Shown here: positions 39,301 through 53,028 of the stretch, piece after piece
How the letters are laid out: each line of letters begins with the position of its first letter
Position numbering within the stretch: the first letter of the stretch is position 1
NCBI RefSeq assembly: GCF_018350175.1
Contig: NC_058368.1
Coordinates: 199,456,001-199,520,000, forward strand
From: Felis catus
Taxonomy: Eukaryota
Direction of reading: 5' to 3'
DNA length: 64,000 nt
Made by a program: the position numbers and the translations under genes
Notes under the pieces: generated by a model
What the model was told of the DNA's origin: nothing
The model's input: only the letters and a program-made list of their open reading frames with translations
Database searches by the model: none

Positions 39301-39472
39301 TAAGTAAATGGTCTATGAACCCACTGCCTCAGAATCACCTTGAATACTTGTAAAAATCCAGATTCCTGGACTCTAAACAAACCAATGAAATAGAATTCTA
39401 GGGCTTGGTATAAGAAATCTGCATTTTTACAAGATCCCAAAGTAATTTTTGTGAAAAGTTGAGACTCACTGA
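39245..39472. mobile_element. hAT-Charlie MITE (MER5A-like) containing a (TAAG)n repeat at about 39270-39307
   Basis: cagaatcaccttg, aaaatccagattcctgg, gaaatctgcatttttacaag and ttgagactcactg. Confidence 0.75.
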
Positions 39473-40687
39473 CTTAAAGCATAGAGGGTACCCCAAGCGA
39501 AACTGTGCAGGAGGCTTTGTCTTCAGAGATGTTGGCTACTCTTCCATATTCCTTCCCTGCCATCAGCACCTCTGGTTTTATGTTATTCCCCTAGATATAT
39601 TTTACAATGAATCTATACTAATGTGTGAATGACTTGATTTGTTGTTACCCATTCTAGATTATGTATTTAAAAAATAAGACTGCTGAGGATAGTAACCTAG
39701 GCCTAAAAATGACTGGCTGCCTATTGGTGGGTTTTTAGCCATTGTACCAAAGGAGTTATTTGGGGGGGATGGTAAACCTCCCCAGCAACCATCACATCAC
39801 TAAGGCAACCTTTAACCATTCACCTACTCACCAGATGGCCCTTCTAAAGTCACTTAGTACCTGGGCGCAGGAGTCTGAATAGGGATGAGGCAAAGCCAAC
39901 AGCAATCTTTTGTTTTTCACTGTTCCTTTAAAAGTATTTAATTAGGGAAAATTCTTTCCCTTTCCCAGATGAAAACTTGTGCAGTTGCAGGACATTCTGG
40001 TCCTTTAAAGTAAAAAAATGCAGTCTCAATGGAGTCATTCAGTGTCTAGTTTCATGTAATAATCAAAACTTTGAACTTGATTTAAAACTAAATCTTCCCT
40101 TTTCCCCAGCCAGGCTTTGCCTTGGGCTGTCTGCTCACAATGGCCTTTCTCCTTTTTTTCCATGTGGCATTTCTTCTTCTCTCTTAGCTTGATAACTACT
40201 ATTTCTTATCCTGCCAGGATTGAATTAAAGGGACACCGGATGGGTAGGAGGGACAGGAATGTTCTTATTGGATTGGTACTATCTCAGGATGGTTTGACAT
40301 TCTGAACTACAGAACACTTCAGTCAGTTCAGAAACTGTCACTGGGCATCTCTGATTGAATGTCTTATGATATGGATGATACATTTTTCTCAAGTTGTTCT
40401 CTCCTTAGCCGGTGGTATTCTTCCCTCTCCCCTTCTTTCCTTCCTGGTTTTTTTCCTCCTATCTTCTCTTTTTCTGTTTTCTTTGTTGGATCACTCCACA
40501 CAGATGTGCTTACCCCAAAGTGATCCTCTCAAGCAGTATTTTAAATGACTTCAAATAAAATCGAATGCTTTTTCCCTTTTGCATCAATACATGTGGCTCT
40601 TTTTCCTCATCATGGCTCTTTCCTAATTTCCCAGGCAGATTACAGTATAGCTGCAGCCTCTCCTTTGTGTTGTACTAGCTAGCCAGC

Positions 40688-41196
40688 TATTTCAGATAGT
40701 TTGTTTGCTGCATAACAAACAACTGGCTTAAAATAACAATGATTTATTATTTCTAATGGTTTTTTGAGTTGACTAGTTACTGGTTTCTTTGCCTGTTTTG
40801 GCTGGGCTTACTCATGAGCTGCATTCAGCAAGAGGATTGGCTGGGCTGGAACACCCAAGGTGGCCTCCTTCATATGTCTAACAGTTGGGGATGGTTTTAC
40901 CTGGGATGTTACTTCTTATCCCCCCAACCAGGGTCTTTCAGCGGGTGAGATTGACTTTCTAAGTGGTAGTCTTGGTATTGTGTCCTAAGAGAGAACAGTA
41001 GAAGTTGCAAAGCCTTTTAAGGCTTAGGCTTCCAAATTACATTTTGTTGGTCAAAGTAAGTCTAAACGCCAGTCCAGATTCAAGGAGTAAGGAAGTAGAT
41101 GCCATGTTTTGCTGGAGGAAGTGACAAAATTACAATGCAGAAGAGCTTAAATATTGTGATGAGAGGAATTTGTGGTCATATTTTGCAATTACCACA
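40688..41196 (-). mobile_element. MaLR solo LTR (MLT1H-like)
   Basis: tgctgcataacaaac..ggcttaaaataacaa..ttgttggtcaaagtaagtc..ccagattcaagg..ttttgcaattaccaca. Confidence 0.75.
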
Positions 41197-41420
41197 CTGA
41201 CTTTTTAGTTTTTCAGATTTCTGTCAAATACTAGTTCACTGTGTCTCTATAACTTGCAGAAGCTATATATCGAGCTCTCTGAGTGGTTCCATTGAAGACA
41301 CTCTCTAATCCTGGGCTTGAGGGCAGGCAAAGCAAGGGACAGAAGGACATATAAAATAGCTGATTCCAAAAAAATCCTCGTTGTAATCAGCTCTCTAATT
41401 TGTGATACCCCCATATTTTT

Positions 41421-44400
41421 TTCTTTCAAATTTTTATTTACATTATGGTTAACATACAGTACAATATTGGTTTTAGGAATAGAATTCAGTGATTCATCAC
41501 TTACACACAACACCCTGTGCTCATCATAACAAGTGCCTCCTTAGTACCCATCACCCATCTAGCCCATCTCCCATCCACCTGCCTCCATCCTGACTCTGTT
41601 CTCTCTCTTTTAGAGTTTCTTATGATTTGTTTCCCTCTCTTTTTTCTTTTTTTCCCCACTCCCATATCCTCATCTGTTTCATTTTTTAAATCCACATATG
41701 AGTGAAGTCATATGATACTTGTCTTTCTCTCACTGACTTATTTCGCTTAGCATAATACATTCTAGCTCCTTTCCACATCATTGAAAATGGCAAGACTTAA
41801 TTCTTTTAGGTGGTTGAGTAATATTCACATTGTATATATACACCACATCTTCTTTATCCATTCATCAATTGATGGACGTTTGGGCTGTCTCCATAGTTTG
41901 ACTATTGGTGCTATAAACATCGAGGTGCATGTACCCCTTCAAATCTGTATTATTGTATCCTTTGGGTACATACCCACTAGTGCAATTGCTGGATCATGGG
42001 ATAGTTTTATTTTTAACTTTTTGAGGGACCTCCATACTATTATCCAGAGTGGCTACACCAGTTTACATCCCCACCAACAATACAAGAGGGTTCCCCTTTC
42101 TCTGTATCCTCATCAACCATGTTGTTTCTTGTGTTGTTAATTTTAGCCATTCTGACAGGTGTGAGATGATGGTATCTCATTGTGTTTTGATTTGTATTTC
42201 CCTGATGATGAGTGATGTTGAGCATCTTATCAAGTGTCTCTTAGCCATCTGGATATCTTCTTTGGAAAGGTGTCTATTCATGTCTTCTGCCTGTTTTTAA
42301 GTGGATTATTTGTTTTTTGGGTGTTGAGTTTGATAAGTTCTTTATAGATTTTGGATACTAATCCTTTATCAGGTACATCATTTGCAAATATCTTCTCCCA
42401 TCCCATCTGTTGTCTTTTAGTTTTGCTGATTGTTTCCTTCAGTGTGCAGAAGCTTTCTATCTTGATGAAGTCCCAATAGTTCTTTTTTTGCTTTTATTTC
42501 CCTTGCCTCTGGTGATGTGTCTAGTAAGAAGTTGCTCTGGCCGAGGACAAAGAGGTTGCTGCCTGTGTTCTTCTCTAGGATTTTGATGGTTTCCTGTCTC
42601 ACATTTAGGTCTTTCATCCATTTTGAATATATTTTTGTGTTTGGTCTAAAAAAGTGGTCCAGTTTCATTCATCTTCACTCTTCTGCTGACCAGTTTTCCC
42701 AACACTATTTGTTGAAGAGACTGCCTTTTTTCCATTGGATATTCTTTCCTGCTTTGTCAAAGATTAGTTTACCATATAGTTGTGGGTGCATTTCTGGGTT
42801 TTCTATTCTGTTCCATTGATCTATGTGTCTGTTCTTGTTACCAGTACCATACTGTCTTGGTGACTACAGCTTTATAATATAGCTTGAAATCATAACTCAT
42901 GATGCCTCCAGTTTTATTTTTCTTTCTCAGGATTGCTTAGCTATTTGGGGTCTTTTGTGGTTCCATACAAATTTTAGGATTGTTTTTTTCTAGCTCTGAA
43001 AAATGCTGATGGTATTTTGATAGGGATTGCATTAAATGTGTAGATTGTTTGGATAGTATAGACATTTTAGCAATGTTTGTTCTTCTAATCCATAAGCTCT
43101 GAATGCTTTTCCACTTTGCGTCCTCTTCAGTTTCTTTCGTAAGTGTTTTATAGTTTTTGGAGTACAAATCTTTTACCTCTTTGGTTAGGTTTATTCCTAG
43201 GTACTTAATTGTTTTTGGTGCAGTTGCAAATGGGATCAATTCCTTGATTTCTTTTTCTGCTACTTTGTTATTGGTGTATAGAAATGCAACAGATTTCTGT
43301 ATGTTGATTTTATATCCTGTGACTTTGCCAAATTCCTGTATTAGTTCTAGCAATTTTTTGGTAGAGTCTTTCAGGTTTTCTGAAAAGTATCATGTTGTTT
43401 GCAAATAGTGAAAATTTGACTTCTTCCTTGTCAATTTGGATGCCTTTTATTGCTTTTTGTTATCTGATTGTTGAGGCTAAGACTTCCAGTACTATGTTAA
43501 AGTAATGGTAAGAGTGGACATCCTTGTCTTGTTCCTGATCACAGGAGTAAGGATCTGTTTTCCTCATTGACAATGATATTAGTTGTGGGTTTTTTTTTGT
43601 ATATGGCCTTTATGATGTTGAGGTATGTTCCATCTATCCCTACTTTGTTGAGGGTTTTTATCAAGAATGGATGCTTTGTTTTGTCAAATGTTTTTTTCTG
43701 TGTCTATTGAGAGGATCGTATGATTCTTATCCTTTCTCTTATTAATGTGTATGACATTGATTGATTTGCAAATTTTGAACCAGCCTTGCAGCCCGGAAAT
43801 AAGTCTCACTTGATTGTGGTGAATAATTCTTTTAATGTACTTTTGAATTTGATTTGCTAGTATCTTGTTGAGAATTTTTGCATCTATGTTCATCAGGGAT
43901 ATTTGCCTATAATTTTCCTTTTTGGTGGGGTCTTTGACTGATTTTGGAATCAAGGTAATGCTGGTATTGTAGAATGAGATTGGAAGTTTCCTCCCATTTC
44001 TATTTTTTGAAACAGTTTGGGAAGAATAGATATTAACTCTTCTTTAAATTTCTGGTAGAATTCCCCTAGGAAGCCATCTGGCCCTGGACTTTTGTTTGTT
44101 GGGAGATTTTTGATTACTGTTTCAATTTATCTGCTGGTTTTGAGTCTGTTCAAATTTTTTATTTCTTCTTGTTTCAGTTTTGGTAGTTTGCATGTTTTTA
44201 GGAATTTATCCATTTCTTCCAGATTGCCCAGTTTTTTGGCTTATATTTTTCATAGTGTTCTCTTATAATTGTATTTCCATGGTGTTGGTTGTGATCTCTC
44301 CCCTTTCACTGTGACTTTATTTATTTGGGTCCTTTCTCTTTTCTTTTTGATAAGTCTGGCTAGGGCATTATTAATTTTATTAATTCTTTCAAAGAACCAA

Positions 44401-45689
44401 CTCTTAATGTTATTGATCTGTTCTACTGTTTTTGTTGTTTTATATCATTTATTTCTGCTTTAGTCTTTATTATTTTCCTTCTTTTGCTGGTTTTAGGCTT
44501 TATTTGCTGTTCCTTTTATAGCTCCTTTAGGTATAAAGTTAGGTTAAGGTTGTGTATTTGAGACTTTTCTTGCTTCTTGATGTGGGCCGTATTGCAATAT
44601 ACTTCCCTCTTAGGACCATCTTCGCTGCATCCCAAAAGTTTTGGACTGTTGTGTTTTCATTTTCTTTTGCTTCTGTATACTTTTTAATTTTGTCTTTAAT
44701 TTCCTGGTTAGCCCATTCATTCTTTAGGAGGGTATTCTTTAGCCTCCATGTATTTGTGGCCTTTCCAAATTTTTTCTTATGGTTGACATTAAGTTTCATA
44801 CCATCGTGGTCTGAAAATATGTATGGTATTATCTCAATCTTTTTGTTCTTATTGAGGGCTGATTTGTGACAGAGTGTGTGATCTATTCTCAAGAATGTTC
44901 CATGTGTACTCGAAAAGAATGTGTATTCTGCTGTTTTAGGATGAAATGTTTTGAATATATCTGTTAAGTCCATCTGGTCCAGGGTGTGATTCAAAGCCAT
45001 TGTTTCCTTGTTGATTTTCTGCTTAGATGATCTGTCCATTGGTGTAAGTGGAGTGATAAAGTCCTCTACCATTATTGTATTACTATCAATCAGTTTCTTT
45101 GTTTGTTACTAATTGATTTATATATTTGGGTGCTTTCAAGTTGGGGCATAAATATTTATAATTGTTAGATCTTCTTTATTGATAGATACTTTTATTATGA
45201 TATAATGCCCTTCTTCATCTCTTGTTATGGTCTTTGGTTTAAAGTCTTATTTGTCTGATAGAAGTATGGCTGCTCCTGCTTTCTTATGGCACCCATTAGG
45301 ATGATAGATGATTCTCCATTCCCTCACTTTTAATCTGCCAATGTCTTTAGGTCTAAAATGAGTCTCCTGTAGGCAACATATAGATGGGTCTTGTTTTTTT
45401 AATTCCATTTGATACTTTGTGTCTTGTGATTGGAGCTTGTAGTCAGTTTACATACAGAGTAATTATTGAAAGATATGAATTTAGTGCCATTGTGTTACCT
45501 GTAGAGTTGGTGTTTCTGGCTATGTTCTCTGTTCCTTTCTAGTCTTTGTTGCTTTTGTTTTTTTCCCACACTCTAAGATTCCCCCTTAATATTTCTTTCA
45601 GGGATGGGTAAGTGGTCACAAATTCCTATAATTTTTGCATGTCTGGGAAAGTCTTTATCTTTCCTTCTATTCTGAATGACAGCCTTGCT
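41421..45689 (-). mobile_element. 5'-truncated carnivore-type L1 (about 4.27 kb): end of ORF1, decayed ORF2 and 3'UTR
   Basis: TSD tgatacccccat(a/c)ttttt at 41403-41420 and 45690-45707. ORF2 ATG at 45490 (MALNSYLS). EN and RT peptides appear in the ORF track. Confidence 0.96.
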
Positions 45690-45917
45690 TGATACCCCCA
45701 TCTTTTTATTTCATTTTTGTGGCTAGGAGTCAAGTAACCTGTTTGTAGATGACTTCTTTATAAATTTTTATGTGGCATAAAATGCAATACCTCTTTTCAA
45801 ATGCAGTATTTATTGCATTTTGGTGGCTTTACCCAAACTTTATCTTAACATTTTCTTATATTTATTTGAAAGATTTCCATAACAAGCCTCTCTAACTTCT
45901 GAGAAAATGATAACTAC

Positions 45918-46050
45918 TAGTGTAGCTTTGGGGTCATATGGGCTATGGTTTGACTCCTAGATTTGCCACTTATTTCTTTGCCTGAACCTTACACAATCAT
46001 CTCTGCAGTGAGACTAATAAGACATACCTCATGTGAAGCTTAAGTGAATT
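45918..46050 (+). mobile_element. MIR fragment
   Basis: ggtttgactcctagatttgccactta..ctgcagtgagactaataagacatacctca. Confidence 0.5.
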
Positions 46051-46059
46051 TTGACAATC

Positions 46060-46422
46060 TCATTCCTCTTTGCCAGAGATTTGTCTACAGTGCCATTTGG
46101 CCCAGTTCTGGCTAATTACATGTGAGATGAAGTCTGCTTGGGTTTTCCAAGAGGGCTCTAAAAGACAAAGCTTCTTCCCTCCTTTTTTAGTCTGGATGCT
46201 ATTATCCAAGGAAATGATATCTGGAGCTAGGGTAGTCATATTATGACCATTCATCTCATGACAGTAGTGGAAATGTGAGACTGGAAGAAGGTCCTGGTTG
46301 AGATAAGGAACTAATCAGAAGTGCCACTTCTAGAATCTTATTATGTGAGAGAAATTTTAAAAATTATTTTGTTACTGATTGCTGAGTATTTTGCTTGCAG
46401 CCCAAAACAGCCTAATTGATAT
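46060..46422 (+). mobile_element. MaLR LTR (MLT1H/J-like)
   Basis: ccagttctggctaat..atgatatctggagct..ttatgtgagaga..ttgcagcccaaaacagcctaattgatata. Confidence 0.65.
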
Positions 46423-46679
46423 AGTGGCTACTATTGTATGTAGGGAAGGGGTGAGTACCCAACTCTTTCAGATAGATTTTAAAAAAGAATAAGTAAAATA
46501 AGGCTGAGTGAGTTAAATAAATTGACTAAGCCGTGTTGTTAATCATTAGCGGTTAGGAGACTAGAGACTCTGACCTCTAACTTCCAGGATACATTTCCAG
46601 TTAGCAAATATTTTACTGAGCAACTACTAAATACAAGTCCTTAGAAGGTATCTTTCCCATCCCTGGGCTTGCGTATCAG

Positions 46680-46890
46680 GAGGGAGCATGATGTGGAGAA
46701 AACAAGGTGGCAAGGTGAAAAGAATAGGCATTGGATCCATAGATAGCCCATTTCTGCCACTTAATCAGCATGTGATTTGGGGCAAGTCTCCTTCCTCTGA
46801 GCCAAGTTTCCACAGTTGTCACATGCAGTTGTGCTGATTTAGCAAGGTTGAGACAAGGATTATATGCAAAATTAAGTAAGGTAATATCTA
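46680..46890 (+). mobile_element. MIR
   Basis: tctgccacttaatcagcatgtgatttggggcaagtc..ctctgagccaagtttcc. Confidence 0.65.
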
Positions 46891-47578
46891 TGAGTCCTGT
46901 CTCAAGATTGTGTCCAATCTTTTTAAACATCTTGGGATTTGTCCCTCAAAGGCTGGTAAAGCAGGACAGAATTCCTCTGAAAGGCAATTTGGGGTCTTTG
47001 GATCAAGAAGACAAGCCAAAGCTAGCCTATTTGGGAAGTATTTATCTTAAGGGCAAACTCGGGAGCCAGAGGCCAGCTTCAGTTGATGATAAGAGTGGTA
47101 GGTGGAACTGGGGCCAGACAAGGGTGTTTGGGAACTAGTGTGAATGAAGTTCCGGGAAGGTGACTGCAAATATCCTCAGGGTGTCTCTGGCCTGCCTCTT
47201 GCTGACCTCTAGACCCTGGATGTGTGGGTGTGTCAACCTGGTATAGTAAGCTGGCAAGGCAGATGGAGTTTTCAAGTGTGTACAAGGTGCTTTGAACAGA
47301 GAAGCTCAGCAAGCTTTCTTTTGGAACTGATCCACATGTCAGAAAATCCTTCCTCCTCCTTCTTCCCATTGTTGGGGTGGTGAACAAGTTACACATATTG
47401 CTGGAAGAATCTGTACTGGGAAGTAGGAGTATATTTTGGGAATCAAGGAGTTTGAAATAGGCTTTACCCCCAGGTACAGAAGAGTTGTACTTTGGATGAA
47501 AGGTAACTGTGTCAGTCTGCAAAGAACTGACCCAGGAGCCTTGGGTAGGCATTTAGGTGGCAAGGATTAGTAGGAATT

Positions 47579-47990
47579 TGTGTAAGATTGGGATCCCTGA
47601 AAACAGATTCTGAGTGAGAGATATGCATGTAGGGAATTCATTGGGAGTGCTCTCATGAAGACTATCTATAAAGGAGCAAAGAAAGCAGGATTTGTAATAG
47701 GGAGGAGATAAATGTCAGTGGGGGTGGCAACAAAGGCCTCAGCCAATCCGAGCAGAGCTCTGGAGCTGGGAGCACCCTTGTAGAAAGGGGGCCTTGCCTT
47801 AACCAAGTATTGGATGCAGCTGTCTGAAGGGATATAACCTTGGACAAGGCGGTTTCTTTTGGCTGAGCACAATTCTCAGAGAGGGACACAACTCTAAACC
47901 ATTGGTAGTTAGCATTCTCTATAGCTAGAAGAATGAGTGAGTTGGTCTTGAGTGGGAAATCTGGACGTCTCATCAAGCATCCACTATACA
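47579..47990 (-). mobile_element. ERVL LTR (LTR16C-like)
   Basis: cagattctgag..ggcctcagccaatcc..gagctctggagctggga..taaccttggacaaggc..gcatccactataca; tg..ca termini. Confidence 0.8.
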
Positions 47991-48339
47991 ACCCAATTTT
48001 TGCCTCCTGCTAACCAATGTGACACAGTACAAGGGCTTCATATTTACTCTCAGCCCAGTCTGCCTTAAACCATATAAATTCATATGTAGTTGTTGAATAA
48101 AAAAATGCTCACAATGTTTTTGTGTGTAAGTTCCTGAGTACTTGGCCTGTCTGTCAGTAATTAATATCTTGTTGTTTCAGGAAAGGATTGTGCTCTAGCC
48201 CTGGTCCTGAAGCACCCTACCCACCCCCAGCCAGATCCCAGCCAAAGGGAATAGCAAGAAGAATTCTGTGACAAGTAGGCCATGTGCCACACCAAGAGTT
48301 GTTTGCATCCCCAGAGCTCTCATTTAGAGGCACATGTCA

Positions 48340-48528
48340 GGGGCGCCTGGGTGGCTCAGTCGATTAAGCATCTGACTTCAGCTCAGGTCATGATCTCATG
48401 GTTCATGAGTTTGAGCCCTACATTGGGTTCCATGCTGATGGCTCAGAACCTGGAGCCTGCTTTGGATTCTGTGTCTCCCTCTCTCTGCCCCTCTCCCGCC
48501 TCTCAAAAGTAAATAAACATTAAAAAAA
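48340..48528 (+). mobile_element. Can-SINE
   Basis: Perfect 17-bp TSD atttagaggcacatgtc at 48322-48338 and 48529-48545. Confidence 0.95.
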
Positions 48529-48809
48529 ATTTAGAGGCACATGTCCATAGATATCAATTAATTATGGAGGGGATATTCAAGCTCACGTTACCTATAATTA
48601 GAGAAAATTTATCACTACTTCTTAGAAGACCCCTACTCCTTATTAAAGAAACTTGGCCTTTCTGAGATCTATTACATTATTTTAAAAAGGCATATATTAA
48701 AAGCCTCAGGTCAATTTTTTTCTTTTATTCCATCATTATAATAGTTTATGTATAATACACTTGGTTTCTAAGGTTGGTATTACCTGTTATTTTGACATTA
48801 ATCCCTGAG

Positions 48810-49035
48810 ATAAACATTTAATGAGTGGCTACTACATGTCCTTTACTAATACTTTCTATGTATTTTTTCTTTTAGTTCAGGTATAAGCTCTATCAATTAG
48901 ATATAACTATACCCCCATTTCACATATGATGATACTGAAATGTAGAGGTGAGGCGATTTGCCCAAGTTCATGCAGCTAGTGGCAGAGCCCAGATAGCTGA
49001 ATGTCAAAGCTTGAGAATTTTCCTTCTACAGCACA
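48810..49035 (-). mobile_element. MIR
   Basis: cccatttcacatatgatgatactga..gatttgcccaagttcatgcagctagtggcagagcc. Confidence 0.7.
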
Positions 49036-50734
49036 TTGATGATCACCCAGCCCTATCCCACAAGAGGCTAATACGCAAGACATGAGTAAATACTCTGATC
49101 TCTAGAAAATAGAATGCTATTCCACTTAAGAAAATAAAAACTAAGAAATAAACTTAAGATTTCTTATAAAATGGATAGGATTACTATTTGAAGATCATTT
49201 ATACATCAGCTGCTTTGAATTTCCAGCATAGTTTGATATCATGGATGACTGGTACAGACCTCCATCTGAAACAGACAGACAGTATCCTAACAGCAATAAC
49301 CTTTAAATCAGGAAAGTTTACTCCAAATGTTCCTAACATAGCCCAAAGCCAGAAAAGTTCACAGCTCTACATTAAAATGTTAGAAAAAGATCACATTGCA
49401 GCAGCTGCTTATGTGGATTACCTAGTCTAGCCATTCTGCTAAGACTTAAAAAAACCTGTCTGAGTTGTAGGAAGAAAAAAAGTAAGCCTCTAAAATATCA
49501 AGTTGGTGCTTGTTGGTAGAGCTGTGATTTCCCATTTGTTGCCCCAGAAGACTCAGGTGTATCTGAAATAAAGTCAAGATGTTTTTCCAGACTCTAAGGC
49601 AGTGGAAGGTTTCATATCTGTACTTAACCCAGTGTGCCTTATGCTGTTTCCAGAACCATAGTTTCCCTTGGAAAAAAATTTTTTTTAATCCTTGAAATGT
49701 TTCTCAGTAATCCAGAGCACATTAGGAAATCGCAATCCCTTCTTACAACCATTTTATGCAATGTCTCTTTAATACTTTACAAAGAAATAAGATGAAATGG
49801 ACTCTTCCCTCTAATGAATGATGTCTTCTATATAAAGGCCAGTGATTCTATTATTGTGCATGTATGTATGTGGGTGCACACACTCATACCTGGCCCTTTT
49901 GAGATTTAATGCACCTTATTCCTGATTGAGACTTTTATCTTCAAAACATCAAAGCATGGTCTATAAGACACTGTATGATTTCCATTTTACAGAAGGGGAA
50001 ACTAAAGTACAGCCATGAAAAAGCTGTCACAATGAAATTAGAAACTGTGGTGGGGCTTTTCAGCTATCAAATTGTGTAACTCTTAACTGAACGCCTTGCA
50101 TTCCCATTTCTCTCCGTAGTGCTCGTTTCGGCAGCTTTGGTTTCTTGCCTTCCTTGTTACTGTGGTTATTGTTGGGGTTAATCACAGTAAGAAAAATGAG
50201 GAAAGTAGATCCTACAATAGAATATTTTTTTGTTTGGTGATGTTAAAGACCTGACTTCTGACATCGAAAATTTATTTCCAGTGTAACCACCTAGACTTAG
50301 AGGTGGAAATGATATTCTTTTGAGAGTTCAGAGATTTGTTGAGAGGGAAGAGAGTGTTAGAATATAAAGGTTCTTGCCCCATACTACAACCTTTTTGTCA
50401 CAAGGAACAAAGTAAAAGTTAAGTTGTCGATCTAGTTTGAGGATGTTTATGAAAAGTTATGAATTACCTGTAAAGTATCTATGTGAACCTGAAACAGAGA
50501 GATCATGTTTCTCATCTTGCCGCTTTTAATTTCAGGGTGTTTAGGCTTCTGTTGTGAAATGTTTTCTCAACTTACAATCCCAGGGTTCCTCATGCATGGA
50601 GAAAAGTGGCATAAAAATATACACAACTGATGTCACTTCAAGAAAGGCCAATGAAATTCATCGTGTTGCTCCTGGAAGATAAACAGACTATAAAGAATCC
50701 ACATGGTAGATCCCTTGGTTTACCCTTTGCATTG

Positions 50735-51505
50735 TTTATTGGCTTAGATTTTTTCCAGCTACATGTAACCTATACTTGAACTACAGTGGCTAACCAAACA
50801 GGGGTTGAGTTTTTGGAGCGATCAAGGACTATGGAGATAATTATTCTAATGTCAGTGTTTGAGGATGTCAACAAGGAATCAGGATCATTCTTTTTCATTG
50901 TTTTTTTCTGTCATTCTTAATATAGGGCTTTCATTCTCATGGACTTACGTTCCATTTCTAGGTATCACATTCAGATTTCAAGCTCAGGACAAGAAGCAAA
51001 AACAAAACAAAACAAAACCCAAAAACAAAAACAAAAGAAAACAAACAAAAAAACAACAACAAAAGGTACAGATGAGCTTTCTATACCCCTTTTAAGTAAT
51101 AACAATAATTTAAAAAAAGTTTTCCAGGGGCACCTGGATAGCTCAGTTGATTAAGCATCCAACTCTTGATGTCGGCTCAGGTCATGATCTTGGAGTCACG
51201 GGATCAAGCTCTGCATCAGGCTGTGTGCTGGGTGTGGAGATTACTTGGGATTCTCTTTCTCCCTCTTCTTTGCCCCTCCTCCACTTGCTCTCATATGCAT
51301 GTTCTTTTCTCTCTCTCTCTCTCTCAAAATAAATAACAAAAAAAGTTTTCCAGAATCTGATAGAATAGAGTTGCTTTTATATCTCATTGTCCAGATGCAA
51401 GGGAGTTGGAGGGGGTATTTTAAAGTGATAATATAGCCACCTTGAATTTTGATTTTTGTTATTCAGGAAAAAATAGAGAATAGGTATTGGGTGGGAAGAC
51501 AGAAT
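50735..51505 (-). mobile_element. Old MaLR LTR (MLT1K/L-like), interrupted by (CAAAA)n at 50997-51064 and a SINE
   Basis: aactacagtggctaaccaa..ggtatcacattc..tatctcattgtccag..tgcaagggagttgg..gtattgggtgggaa. Confidence 0.5.
51128..51337 (+). mobile_element. Can-SINE
   Basis: Perfect 16-bp TSD aaaaaaagttttccag at 51112-51127 and 51338-51353. Confidence 0.93.
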
Positions 51506-51639
51506 TAGGAATAGGATTAATCCCTGTGGGAAGGAAAGGACATACCTTTTCTTTCTCTCAAACATTATACACTTGATGCATTATATAAGTTTAAATGTTC
51601 CATTTTCCACAAAGTTTCTCTTCACTCTTCTGCTTTTTC

Positions 51640-51860
51640 TAGACTCCTGTGGCACTTTGTCTTTTCCTTTAGAGTATCTATTCAGGTTAGTTGTTTACAT
51701 GCTTATTTTCCTCATTTAGATAGTGAGCTCTTCCAGGATTAGAGACCTCATCTAATTTACCATGGTAATTTCATCATTTACTATCATGATAGTGATAGGG
51801 TGGCATGATAGTGATAGGGTGGCATACTAGGAGGAAACAAAAAGGTTAGTTGAATAAACA
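51640..51860 (+). mobile_element. L2 3' fragment with a 19-bp tandem duplication (51785-51822)
   Basis: ttagatagtgagctcttccagg..tggcatactagg..gttgaataaa. Confidence 0.6.
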
Positions 51861-52397
51861 TAAGGACAAGGCAAAGCATGGTAGGTCATGATCCCTAGGA
51901 AAGAGACTCTGAGATTCTGGCGTCTATCTACATGTCTCTTCCCTGCTCTTACATTCTTTCTCCTCCTAAGCACTTGACCATTTATAACCTCATTTCCTCT
52001 CCTGTACCTCTTACCCCAAGATTTTGCATACACCCTTACCTTGGGCCGGTTTCTTTCTACACACAATGGATGCCCAGAATTACCTAAAATCCTGTTCTTT
52101 GGAAGGGTTACCTCTCACCTTGAGTAGGGTTATAGCACATCCAAGCCCAGTATTGGCTTATACCACACACGAAGTTGATTCATCAGCCAACAAAGCTTAT
52201 TTGTTTTTCCACAAGGGAGATTCCCACCCCCATTGCAGCCAAAGGTGTAAACTGAGGGAGAGGCTTGGATGCATCAGTTGTGGATGACAGGGGGTTGGCT
52301 ATTTACTCAGGCTGCTTACTTATACTTTCTGGCCCTGCTTGTGCCTGATCTTTAATGTTCTACTTCTGTCTCATGATTTTGGTTTGATTGGTCTGAA

Positions 52398-52607
52398 AGA
52401 ACTATGGCCTGCAGGCTGAATCTGGTCTTTTTAAAATAAGGATTTATTATATCAGAGCTGCACCTATTTACTTATCTATCGTCTATGTCTATGACTGGTT
52501 TCATGCCACAACAGCAGATGTGAGTAGATGTGATAGCAACTCTATGGCTCACAAAGCCTAAAATATTTACTATCTGGCTTTTTATGGAAAAATTTGGCTG
52601 ATCTTTG
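52398..52607. mobile_element. hAT-Charlie MITE (MER58A-like) nested in the ERV-L
   Basis: aactatggcctgcaggctgaatctgg..acaacagcagatgtgagtag..cacaaagcctaaaatatttactatctggc. Confidence 0.85.
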
Positions 52608-53028
52608 GTTCAGGGAAACCTGGGAATTCAAGATTTTTGACTGAATCAACTCAGATGTTCTCATTCCAATTTTAAGGGTTCCATTCTTTCCCAATGAGGA
52701 CCCTGACCTTGGTAGAACAAAAGTGCTGAGACTGAGAGAATTCAGCAATTTGGAGCTATGCTACTATAGTCATGAAGTACTGGGTTTGATGCTTAGTCTT
52801 TTCTGCTCTTTGGTGGCAGGAGAGGAGATTCTTTTTATTTGACAAAATGTCTTCTGTCTCACATTTCACCTTATATTGGTGAGTAATCACCCTCTGCCTT
52901 TCTCCACTGCATCAATGGCTCCCAGTAACAGCCATCCAATTTCATAGTCCTTATGAACCCAGCAAATGCCCGAGATGTTTTATCTGCCAGTGCATTTCCT
53001 CTCACAGTATCCTGACTCAGTTCACACT

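Noticed and set aside
47079..47552. 157-aa minus-strand ORF
   Set aside because: No recognisable homology, and it lies among LTR remnants.
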